DNA of 64,000 nucleotides from positions 868,001-932,000 of the forward strand of contig MU058687.1 in assembly GCA_013265495.1 (NCBI GenBank), written 5' to 3'. The translations under genes and the position numbers were made by a program. The notes beneath the pieces were generated by a model. It was not told the DNA's origin, made no database searches, and saw nothing but the letters and a program-made list of their open reading frames with translations. The DNA is from Vicugna vicugna (taxonomy: Eukaryota). Of this stretch, positions 63,975-64,000 are shown one piece after another; positions within the stretch are counted from its first letter, which is position 1; each line of letters begins with the position of its first letter.

Positions 63975-64000
63975 ATGCACTCGGAAGGCCATGCTGTGGC
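63975..64000 (-). CDS. AREL1: AREL1 coding exon, 3' part only (truncated by window edge)
   Basis: Minus strand GC CAC AGC ATG GCC TTC CGA GTG CAT|GTAAGG = (G)HSMAFRVH. Joins in phase 0 to LFYKNGQ of the next exon; not in the ORF track. Confidence 0.92.

Noticed and set aside
1..64000. CRISPR arrays, operons or other prokaryotic systems
   Set aside because: Sequence is clearly mammalian (spliceosomal introns, LINEs, SINEs); no regularly spaced repeat-spacer array was seen.

Overview
Mammalian genomic DNA, most likely a camelid (alpaca/camel), judged from the tRNA-derived SINE family. No prokaryotic features are present. The window matches the conserved LTBP2-AREL1 neighbourhood. On the minus strand it holds LTBP2 exon 1 (CDS 5588-6066) in a CpG island and most of LTBP2 intron 1 (exon 2 not found in the window). 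It also holds the last 16 complete coding exons of the HECT E3 ligase AREL1 (63082 down to stop at 49610, 742 codons plus stop, all phases consistent), a partial upstream AREL1 exon at the right edge (63975-64000), and the AREL1 3' UTR/poly(A) signal near 47145. The ~40 kb intergenic interval contains LINE, SINE, MaLR and DNA-transposon relics, including a young 5'-truncated L1 with a perfect 18-bp target-site duplication. The most unusual signal is a chain of plus-strand, splice-site-bounded, partly phase-consistent segments between ~22 and ~40.8 kb. They translate into Trp/Arg/Leu/Gln-rich helical motifs (LLQQIWRRWR, LLRAAFSQ, QPLRKGLR) reminiscent of SFI1/C1orf167-type repeats, interrupted by stops and frameshifts. 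This is a candidate decayed multi-exon gene (unitary pseudogene) and an inference that needs a homology search. Coordinates of old repeats are approximate, and comparisons to human proteins are from memory.
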